From Cycas panzhihuaensis (lineage: Eukaryota; Plantae; Cycadophyta): a stretch of DNA of 64,000 nt. The stretch lies in assembly GCA_023213395.1 (NCBI GenBank), contig CM041465.1:229779741-229843740 (forward strand). The letters are read 5' to 3'. The position numbers were made by a program, and so were the translations under genes. Of the stretch, positions 39,743 through 51,400 are shown one piece after another. The notes under the pieces were generated by a model, which saw only the letters and a program-made list of their open reading frames with translations, did no database searches and had not been told where the DNA came from. How positions within the stretch are numbered: the first letter of the stretch is position 1; each line of letters starts with the position of its first letter.

Positions 39743-42700
39743 TGTGAAAAGAGGCCTAATGGCCTCACAGTCCCAAGATCTAGAAGCTGGGATCACTCTA
39801 GTTTTAGAAGCACAAACACTTAACAAGTATAATATTCTCAAGATGAAAGAAAGCATAAGAGACAAACCATAAAATGAAGGAGCAAGAGAAATGATACCCA
39901 ATGTATGGAGTTGGAATTGGTCCAACCTCCAAAAGAATAAACAGTTTGATTAGCAAATTGACAACATAACAATATAGCTCCAACTCTCTTATGAGACAAT
40001 GAGGAGAGGTCTCATTATATAGAGTGAAATGAGAGACGTAAGGCCTTGGATGTTTGACAAGTGTCAAACATCCCAGATACATGCCTTGCATGTAGGACGT
40101 GTCCTTTTGGGCTCTCATGTGAGCAAAAATGCATGAGGGTCCATTTGACCCTTTAGTGACAACGTTGTGTCACTAGAAAGAATGTGGGTGTGCACTTTAT
40201 CACTTAAGTGATAAGTCACCCCTAAAGTACAAAAGTACACATATTACATAAAAATTAAAGTACATAACCTTAACATATAAACATAAGGTTTAACACCCCC
40301 CCTTACTGTTTACAATGTTAAGTCGGACACCAAGATCATCTCTGAATTTTACAAACTTTTCTCTACCAAGAGGCTTGATAAAGATATCTACTGTTTGCTC
40401 CTCTGTGGAGTGCATCTTTGGAGGTTGATCTCACCATTCTGCACATGCTCTCTGATGAAGTGATGGTGAACCTCGATGTGTTTTGTCCGCGCATGAAAAA
40501 CTAGATTCTTTGCTAACTTGAGTACACTTTGATTGTTACAATATATCCTGGTGGGGTGATTTTGCTCAAGTCCAAGTTCCCTAAGAATCCGTCGTAGCCA
40601 AATAGCTTCACAAGTCGTTGATCGCAGACTTTGTACTGCCGCTTGTGGAGGACAAGGTAACATTGGGTTGCTTCTTCCAACTCCACGAAACAAGCTGAAC
40701 CAAGGGAAAAAAGATCCGAGGTTGATCTCCTGCTATCTTGGCAACCGCCCAATCGTAATCGAGAACCCTTCCAGAGTGAAGTTCTCATTATGCGCATACT
40801 CAAGGCCATGCTGCAATGTGCCTTTGATGTATTTAAGTATGCGTTTAGCTGCATTCCAATATTTCTGATTGGGTTGAGACATGTATCGTGAACAAATCCC
40901 AACTGCAAATGAAATATCTGGTCGAGTGTTGGTGAGATAAATGAGGCTACCAATCAACTGCCAGTAAGTGTGGGATCTGCAGGTGCAGCTTCCTCATTGA
41001 GAGTAAGCTTAGTGCCATTCTCCATTGGTGTAGGCGCTAGTTTGCAGTCGTGCATCCTAAACTGCTGGAAAATGTCCCAAGAATATTTCGCTTGGGAGAT
41101 GAAGATATAGCCTGGCTATTGCCATACCTCAAAGCCTAAGAAATAATGGAGAAGTCCAAGATCTGTCATCTCGAAACTTCTCTTCAAGTCAGCTTGGAGA
41201 ATGTGTCTCATCTTAGTGTCATTTCCAGTGATCACTAAGTCATCTACATACAAGACAATAAAAATGGCATGGTTCTTTTCATGTTTGATGTATAGGTTAG
41301 GATCTGAAGTAGATCGATGAAACCCATATCTCAAGAAGTAATCATCAATCTTTGAGTACTATGCTCTTGGAGCTTGTTTCAAGCCATATAGTGCCTTTTT
41401 AGATGACATACTAAATGCTCCTTGCCTTGTACCTTGTAACCGGGAGGTTGCTCCAAGTATACCTCCTCCTAAAGATCGCCATTAAGAAAGGCGCTCTTCA
41501 CGTCCATGTGAAAGACTGGCCATTTGCATTGAGCAACTAAGGCCAAGATGAGTCTAATGGTGTTCATATTTGCCACTGGTGCAAAAGTCTCCTCATAGTC
41601 TATGCCTTCCTTTTGTTTGAATCCTTTTGCCACAAGGCGGGCCTTCTGCTGCTTAAGTGTACCATCAGAATGAAATTTGGTCTTGTAAACCCATTTGCAA
41701 CTAATTGCCTGTTTGTGTTTAGGCAATTCAACCAAATTCCAAGTACCATTCTTTTCAATAGAATGGATTTCTTCATCCATGGCAGCCTTCCAATTTTCAT
41801 TTTTAGAAGCCTCCTCAAAAGTGGAAGGCTCATTCACACATAGCACTTCAGCTATAAGTGCAAAATTGGTCTGCTACCTATATTTTGATGGACGTTTTCC
41901 TTCAATAATGTGGCCGTCTTGAACTGTTTGAGTATACCATTTTGGTAACTTTTGAATTGAAGTGACTTGAACCTCAAGATCTTCTGGTCTAAGTGGTTGA
42001 TCAACAGAAGATGTGCTAGGATCAAATGGATCTAACTTTGATGATGTGGACGGTCCAGCAGGTGCAGATGATGTACATGGAGTAGAAGATTGAGAGGGAA
42101 GGAAAGCCTCAACAAACTTTTTGCCTTTGTCAATGGGAGGTTGCATGGATGCTGTTTGCAACTCCTTATGATCGTCTTCAACAAAGATTACATCTCTTGA
42201 GAGATGCATTTTCTTCCCAATGGGATCATACAACTTGTAGGCTTTGCTATGAATGGCATAACCTACAAAGATGCATTTTAGACTATGCTTGTCTAGTTTT
42301 GTTCTTTGTTGGTCAGAGATGTGCATATAAGCAGTGCACCCAAAAGTCCTCAAATGGCTGACAGTTGGGTTTTTGCCAGACCATGCCTCCTCGGGTGTGA
42401 TATCGGTGACTGTTGTAGTTGGACTTCGATTGGCCACATAGGCAGCTGTGTGGAATGCCTCTGCCCAGTGAGCTCGAGTGAGTCCTTGTGCATGCATCAT
42501 TGCTTTGACTTTATTAGCCAAATTTCTGTTCATTCTTTCGGAGACTCCATTTTGTTGAGGAGTGTGAGGAATAGTCAATTGTCTCTGAATGTCATTATCC
42601 TTGCAAAATTGGGTAAATTCATTTGAAGTAAATTCACCTCCATTGTTTGTCCGTAATGTTTTGATAGAGTGGCCATACTCGGTCTCCACTTCAAGCTTGA

Positions 42701-45700
42701 ATTCTTTGAATTTTGAAAAAGCTTCAGACTTGTGCTTGATGAAGTAGACCCAGACTTTATGAGAAAAGTCATCAATGAAGGAGATGTATTACAAAGCTCC
42801 TCCAAAAGATGCGGTAGACATAGGTCCACACAAATCTGAGTGTACCAGCTGCAAAGGATGTGATGCACGCCAAGCTTTGCCTTCAGGGAAACACAAGTGA
42901 TGTTGAGTCCCCATTATGCATGCTTCACAAAGACATTTTGTGCCATAGATCTTTGGAAGCCCATGTACCATATTTTTGTTGATCATCTACCTCAAATTGT
43001 CTAAGCTCAAATGGCCTAGACATTGATGCCAAAGTTGCATCTTGGACAAGTAAGGAGTGACAATTGAACTAGAGTAAGCAGAATCAAGTGTTATATTATT
43101 TGCATCCAATTTGTAGAGGCCTTGATCCTCATATCCAACAGCTACTACTTGGTCATCTTTATCACTGATTACACATTTCCCATTTCTGAAGAAGACACTC
43201 ATCTGTTGCTTGTCCAACTTGCTAACAGATAGCAAGTTCTTGTCCACTGAAGGTATGAAGTAGGCATTGCCATCGAGAAATGAGGAGGAAGGATTTGATG
43301 AAGAATGAAAAGCAGTTATTGTGCCTATTCCAGAAATTTTAACAGATTGATTGTTCACAAAGTTCACTGATTGACCTTTACCTTCCTTGATGTTGGTGAG
43401 GAGCTCTTTACTTCCAGTCATGTGTTGTGAATCTCCAGAATCAATAATTCAAGTTTCATCAACCTTAGATGTTTGATATGCACAAAACAGTTTGTCTTCA
43501 TCTGCAAACTGATTAAAGTGGCGTTGATTGCCACCTCTAAAACCCCCCCTTCCTCTTTGACCTCGTCGATAGGCACCTCGATTTGGTCGAGGGGGTTGTT
43601 GCTGCTGGAACATTTGTTGGTATTCGACGTGGCTACTCATCGATTTGGTTGACGTGGGTACATCATTGACGTAGATCTGCTTGCTTCGTTCGACAATCAG
43701 GTGCTATGTGGCCATGTTTGCCACAATAATAACATACAACATTGGTCCTTGAAGACCCAATGTTTATGTTCCCAAACTGCTTTGAGAGTGCAAGTTTGGG
43801 GTGTTGTTTGGCCTTTGAGTTGGCCGTGAACGTACCTGATGTAGATGGTTCCTCCTCATTATCTTTGGTGTAGATTTGTTCTTCTTGAAGTAGTAGACTT
43901 TCAAATTTATTGAATGTCATTCTTTTGAGAGAACCATCCCTTGTAGTAGATGATATGAAGCCATTGTAGTCCTTTGGCAAAGCTTTGGTGATAGATGTAA
44001 TCAGTTCATCTCTCGTTGCTAGACTACCTAGTGTATTCAACTTATTACATACCTCCTTGATGGAGGAAAGAAAAGCCAACATAGGCTTGACAAACTTTAC
44101 AGAATACAATTTGGCTTTAACCATTAAAATACGAGCTTCATCTCACCTTTCATACAATGAGGACAAAATGTCCCAAGCTTCTTTAGAAGTTTTAGCACAA
44201 GCAATATTTTGATCCACATGTACATCCACAATCATATGAAAGAATGCCAAAGCAATTTCATCTTTGGCTTCCCAAGCAGCAACTAAAGCATCGTCAGGTT
44301 GCATAGTTACATTGCAATTGATAACAGGTACAGGTTGAGGTAGTCCCCTAGAAACATAACTCCAAAATTCATTCATGATCAGCAAATTCTAAGTGAGTCT
44401 CTTCCATTCTTGATAGTTATCTTGACCTGTTAATCGAATGGTGCATGCATTTAACATGTTGATAGCAGCCATGTTTCAGTTATAAGGCTTGAAGCTAGCA
44501 GATAACTTGGAAACTCAAAGCTTTCATCGCTTAAGTTCCACCTTCTAACGAAACCAACAGTCCTGATCTTACTAGAAGATCCAACAACTGAATGGAATGA
44601 TGAGGGGTGGAGGACTAGGCTATGGAGTTGGTCCAACTCTGATCTATAAAAAAGATCCAACAGTTGGCCAAGTTAAATCTAGGACAAGGCAGGTAGGGTT
44701 GATCTGCATGGACGTACCATGCTTTCCCTGGGATTCATAGCCCCAATAACACCCTTTTCGAATCTCCTTTCCCTCAAGCAACCTTAATTGTCGTGCATTG
44801 ACCGTACGATCGGTTGGTCCCCTAGGGAATGCACCAAGCTTAAGGTTAATTCAGAGGCAAGGTTTGAACCTTTTTTGGGCCACTCCAACAAGATTTTAAG
44901 TCACTTTTTAGTAGTTTTAAAGTGAACTTAGATTTATTTACTTGGATGATGTACTTATAAAAATGCTTGATTAAGCTTTACAATGAAAGAGTGGCTTCAA
45001 AAAGAAGCAATTTTAGTACATCAATATGAACACTTGAAGTGTTTATTACAATGAGCACTTTAATGAAGTGTAGTGCTTATGTTGATCCAAGTAAAAAACA
45101 GATTCTTGATTACAATAAGTTTTGCAAAAGTACTTTGAGAAATGTGCTTAAGTACTCAATGAAGCAAGGCAAAACTTGTGATGAAGATACAAATGGGTTC
45201 CTTTTAATGTTGAAAAGTGAAGGTAAGAGAACCACTTGCAAAAAAATGGACACCAAACACCAAGTGTTGGGACTTAAAACAGTCCCAACGATCAAAAGAG
45301 AAGTGATTTTATTAAGTACAAAGTGTTTTTTTGAGCCCTTTTTGTGACTAAGGGCATTAGGCCACCATGCAAGGTGCCTTAAAAAAAGTGTTTGAAAAAT
45401 AGTGATAAATATCACTTTTTACAATATGCAAACACTTAAAATCACTTCACCTAAGTCAATTAACACTTATGCAACATTAATTAAGTGTTAAAAAGAGCTT
45501 AAAGAGCTAAAAACATAGGCTGAAATTTGAATTTTTTTTTTTTTGCAACTTGAACAATAAGGACACCACGCAGGGAACCTTGATTGAGGACTTAAACCCA
45601 GAAATTTTAATATCCAACCAACAATATTCAGAGAAATATTCTTAAAAGTATAACATAAGGTTCAAAAATCAAAAGTTTGATTTGAATTTTTCAAAATAAA

Positions 45701-47047
45701 AAAAAAGGTCGTTCATGGCAGCGTAACTTGGGCGGCTCCCATGGACACGCAAATGATGAGAACAACGTGTAGAGACCTCTGTTTGTGCTGAAAATTCAAG
45801 AGGAGGGGTGCCCAAGTGGGGTATCCAACTCCCTCTAAAATCTCAAGGCTTTTCGTCAAGTGTGCAGAGAGCTGCTAGTAATTGAAGTTATGGCTGGTTA
45901 CACATCCTTGAGAAAGGAAAACTGGAGCCGTACGGTTGTTTGGGGTTTTAAACCCTTGTATTAATCACTAAAAGTCTTCCCTTAAGTCTCATACCGCATG
46001 CGTGGTCGATGTGGACAGCCAGCTTGATATGAGAAAAAAGAGTGAAAAACAACAATTTTTTATGCTTTTTGAATGGGGTTTCAAGGCTGAAAATGCCTAG
46101 AAATTGATCCACAGCCTGCAAGGGTCCTCAAATTTCAAATAAATTCAGTCTGAGAGCTTCAAATGGCTAGAGAATAGCTCAGCACCCAAATATGAGAAAA
46201 AAATCAGTTAAAAATGCAGATTTTAGTAGAAAAATTACAAAAAACATGAGTACTTTGCTCAAAACCTTGAAGGTAATCCAAAAAAAAAAATTCAGATTTG
46301 AATATAGAAAGCTCCTCCTTTTAAAATACTCCAGCAAAGCCTTGAACCTGCAAGAAATGATCTTCAAACAAACCTTGGATCGCCTTCGGAGTGCGAAGGT
46401 CGTCACCAAGAGTTTGTAGGCTTTCTTCGAATCTCCTTGAGCAGCTACAAATGTAATGTAGGGAACTAGTCTCCTCTTGCTCTGATACCAAATGTGAAAA
46501 GAGGCCTAATGGCCTCATAGTCCCAAGATCTAGAAGCTATGATCACTTTAGTTTTAGAAGCACAAATACTTAACAAGTATAATATTCTCAAGATGAAAGA
46601 AAGCATAAGAGACAAAGCATAAAATGAAGGAGCAAGAGAAATGATACCCAACGTGTGGAGTTGAAATTGGTCCAACTTCCAAAAGAATAAACAGTTTGAT
46701 TAGCAAACTGACAGCATAACAATACAACTCCAACTCTCTTATGAGACAATGAGGAGAGGTCTCATTATATAGAGTGAAATGAGAGACCTAAGGCATTGGA
46801 TGTTTGATAAGTGTCAAACATCCAAGATACATGCCTTGCATGTAGGACATGTGTCCTTTTGGGCTCTCATGTGAGCAAAAATGCATGAGGGTCCATTTGA
46901 CCCTTTAGTGACAACGTTGTGTCACTAGAAAGAATGTGGGTGTGCACTTTATCACTTAAGTGATAAGTCACCCCTAAAGTACAAAAGTACACATATTACA
47001 TAAAAATTAAAGTACATAACCTTAACATATAAACATAAGGTTTAACA
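39743..47047 (-). mobile_element. Copia-2, full-length Ty1/Copia with ~2-kb 5' leader
   Basis: LTRs 39743-40295 and 46493-47047; TSD CGGAT/CAGAT; Met PBS 46479-46490; PPT 40296-40304. Confidence 0.96.
40305..44473 (-). pseudogene. gag-pol: Copia-2 gag-pol
   Basis: CYYCGKHGHIAPDC; IDSGDSQHMTG; LVHSDLCGP; TPQQNGVSER; KARLVAKGF; LYVDDL; FHARTKHIEVHHHF. Confidence 0.95.
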
Positions 47048-48464
47048 CAGATATTACCGAAAATTCATAAAAGGGTATGCTCAGATAGCCTATCCCTTGG
47101 AGGCCTTGCTAAAAAAAACAACTAAATGGGAATGGACTATGCGACAACAACTATCTTTTGATGCTTTGAAGAAAAAGATAGTGGAAGCCCCTATGCTCAA
47201 GTTCCCAGATTGGAACAAGTTGTTCCATGTACATGTAGATGCATCATTGTATGCTATCAGTTGTGTATTGGCTCAATTGGCAGACGAAAAAATAGATCTC
47301 CCTATTGCTTTTGCCAACAGGAAGTTAACATACGCAGAGCGTAACTATACAGTTACAGAACGTGAAGGATTAGGCATGGTGTATGCCTTGCAAAAATTTC
47401 TACATTATCTATTGGCAAATCCATCTGTGTTTTTTGTGGATTATCAATCTTTGTAGTATTTAATTAACAAACCAATTTTGCAGGGAAGAATTAGTCGTTG
47501 GCTAATGTTATTTCAGGAATTCATGTTTAAGATTGTAGTCAAGAAAGGTGAGAAACATATCATACCGGATCAATTGTCAAGAATAAAAGTAGGTGAATCA
47601 GGGGTAGGAGTGTTTGATGATTTTCCATATCACAAGTTGTTGTTCTAGCTTGGTATGAAGGGATCGCAGAATATTTAACTACAGGACAAACACCTTGAGG
47701 GCTAAAGAAGGCAGAAAGGAGGAGTTTTATTAAGAAAACGTTTCCATTTTAGTTGATAGGTGGTATGATTTATAAGCTAAGGCCCGATGAAGTTCTGCGG
47801 AGGTGCATACTTCAACATGAAGTAGAGCCAGTTCTGAGAAAATCCCATGAAGGGATAGCTTCATCTCATCATAGAGGAGAAGCTACAGCCAGGAAAATAT
47901 TGATAGCGGGATTATGGTGGCCTACACTGTTCGAAGACGCTGAAAGAAGGGTAAAATCTTGTGACATTTGTCAACGAGCAGGGAAGTCGTCGAAGCAAAA
48001 TTTTATGCCTCTTCATCCTATATTGGCCTAAGCTCCATTTGAAAAATAGGGATTGGATTTTGTAAGACCAATCAGTCCTCCAGCGAGAAGGACAAATGCA
48101 AGATACATATTGGTGGCCACAGATTTTTTGACCAAATGGACAGAGGCCAAACCTGTGAAGAAGTGTGATGCAAGAAGCACAGCCCGCTTCTTGTATAAAG
48201 TGATCATAATAAGGTTTGGGTGTCCCTTGGAGATTGTATCTAATCAAGGAGGTGCCTTTCTAAATCAAACAATTAAATACTTGACCACAGAATTTTTGAC
48301 TCAATATGGCAAATCGTCACCATACTATCCTAGAGCGAATGGTCAAGTAGAAAGCACGAATAAAATTCTAAAGATTGCTTTGACGAAAATCTGTAATGCA
48401 CAACGAACTAATTGGGCAGAGAAATTGCATTTAGTCTTGTGGGCAGATAGAACGATGAAGAAAA

Positions 48465-51400
48465 TGTTAGAATGGGCCTAATGGCCACATAGGTCCAAGA
48501 TCATTAACAAAGCATAAAAGTATTAAATGCATTAAGCATAAACACAAAGAACACAAAGAGAAAGAGGAGCAAGATAATGATACCAAGTATGGGGTGTTGG
48601 AATTAGTCCAACCACCAAAGAATGCTTCAGCTTGATTAGCAAACTGACAGAATAACAATGAGCTCCAACTCTTGAATGAGCAACAATGAAGAAAAGGCCT
48701 CATTAAATAAAGGGAGATGAGAGGCCAAGGGCTATTGCATGATTGACAAGTGTCAATCATGCAATGCATGCTTGCATGTAGGACAAGTGTCCATTGGGAG
48801 CTCTTGTGAGCAAAAGTCCAAGGGGGTCATTTGACCCTCAAGTGACATAAGTGACAACGTTATGTCACTAGACATAAAGTGGGTGTGTACTTAATCACTT
48901 AAGTGATAAAGTCACCCCTAAAGTACAAAAGTGCACATAAAACATTAAAGTGCACACATAATACATAAATATAAAGTACATAAGCTTAACATGTAAACAT
49001 AAGGTAAAACATAAGGTTTAACACCCCTCATCGCTTACAATGTTAAGTCGGACCCCTAGACCATCTCTAAATTTTACAAATTTGTCTCTACCAAGTGGTT
49101 TGGTAAAGATATTTGCTGTCTGCTGCTCTGTTGGTCGATATTGAAGATTGATCTCAGCACTGTGTACATGCTCTTTAATGAAATGGTGGTGAACTTCAAT
49201 ATGCTTGGTCTGTGCATGAAAGACTGGATTCTTAGTTAGCTTGAGCACACTCTGATTGTCGCAATGAATACTGGTAGGCTGCTCTGTTCAAGTCCAAGCT
49301 CACCAAGAATCTGTCGTAGCCAGATAGCCTCGCAAGCTACGCTAACTGCAGCTTTGTACTCTGCTTCAGTGGAGGACAAGGTAACATTTGGTTGCTTCTT
49401 GCAACTCCATGAAACAGTTGCTAAACCAAGGGTAAAACAGTAACCCAAGGTTGATTTCTTGCTATCTTGGCATCCTACCCAATCAAAATCGGAGAACCCT
49501 TCCAAAGTGAAGTTCTCATGATATGCATACTCAAGTCCAAGCTGTAATGTACCTTTGATGTACTTGAGTATGCATTTTGCTGCCTTCCAATGCTTCTAAT
49601 TGGGTTGAGACATGAATCGAGAACAAATCCCAACTGCAAATGAAATGTCCGGACGAGTGTTGGTGAGATAGATGAGGCTACCAATCAACTGCCGAAAAAG
49701 AGTGGGATCTGCTAGTTCAACTTCCTCATTAAGAGTAAGCTTGGTTCCATTCTCCATGGGTGTAGGCGCTATCTTGCAGTCATGCATCCTGAACCTCTGC
49801 AAGATGCCCCAAGAAAATTTTGCTTGGGAGATGAAGATATAGCCTGGCTGTTGCCATACCTCAAAGCCTAAAAAATAATGGAGAAGTCCAAGATCAGTCA
49901 TCTCGAAACTTCTCTTCAAATCATCCTGGAGAATCTTGATGAGCTTAGTGTCATCACCAGTGATCACTAAGTCATCTACATACAAGGCAATATAAATGAC
50001 ATGGTTTTGTTCATGTTTGATGTACAAATTAGGATCTGAAGTAGATCGATGAAACCCATGTCTTAAGAAGTAGTCATCAATTTTTGCATACCATGCCCTA
50101 GGAGCTTGTTTCAAGCCATACAAAGCCTTTTTGAGGCGACATACTAGATGTTCTTTGCCTTGTTCTTTGTAACCAAGAGGTTGCTCCAAGTATACCTCCT
50201 CTTGAAGATCGCCATTAAGAAAGGTGCTCTTCACATCCATCTGATAAACTGGCCATTTGCATTGTGCAGCTAAGGCCATAAGGAGTCTGATGGTGTTCAT
50301 GTTTGCCACTGGTGCAAAGGTTTCCTCATAATCAATGCCTTCCTTTTGTTTGAATCCCTTTGCCACAGGTCGTGCCTTCTGATGCTTAAGTGTACCATCA
50401 GAATGAAATTTGGTTGTATAGACCCATTTACAATTGATTGCCTATTTATGTGGAGGCAATTCGACTAAATCCCATGTGCCATTTTGTGAATAGAATGGAT
50501 CTCCTCATCCATGGCAACTTTCCAATTGTTATTCTTTGAAGCCTCTTCAAAGGTAGAAGGCTCATCAACAGAAAGCACTTCAACCATAAGTGCAAAATTT
50601 GTTTGTTGCCTATATTTCGATAGACGTTTCCCTTCAATAATATGACCGTCCTGCACCATTTGAGTATACCATTTAGGTAACTTTTGAAATGAAGTAGCAT
50701 GAACCTCAATATCTTCTGGTGTAAGTGATTGATCAACAGAAGATGATGTGGAAGGTTCAAGTGGAGCAGAGGATGATGAAGTAAACGGTACAAGAGGTGC
50801 AGATGAAGTACATGGTGTAGAAGATTGAGAGGGAGGGAAGTCCTCAACAATCTTTTTACCTTTATCAATGGGGGGTTGGATTGATGCCACATCCAACTCT
50901 TTCTGATCATCTTCAACAAAGATTACATCTCGTGAGAGATGCATTTTTCTCCCAACTGGATCATACAACTTGTAGGCTTTGCTATGAATGGCATATCCTA
51001 CAAAGATGCATTTGAGACTATGTTTATCCAATTTTGTTCTTTGCTGATCAAGTATGTGCATATATGCAGTGCACCCAAATGTCCTCAAATGGTTGATAGT
51101 TAGTTTCTTACCAGTCCATGCCTCCTCAGGTGTAATGTTGGTGACTGTTGTAGTAGGACTCCAATTGGCCACATAGGTAGTTGTGTGAAATGCTTCGGCC
51201 CAGTAAGCTTGAGGAAGTCCTTTCGCATGCATCATAGTTTTGGCTTTATTAGCTAAAGTTCTGTTCATCCTTTCGGAGACTCCATTTTGTTGAGGAGTAT
51301 GAGGAACTGTAAGTTGTCTCCGAATTCCATTATCCTACAGTATTGGTTGAATTCATTTGAAGTGAATTCACCTCCATTATCTATCCTTAATGTTCCAATT

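Noticed and set aside
43449-43640. Q-rich/RGG ORF as a separate prion-like protein
   Set aside because: It is the low-complexity gag-protease linker, isolated by a frameshift; Copia-3 has the same segment
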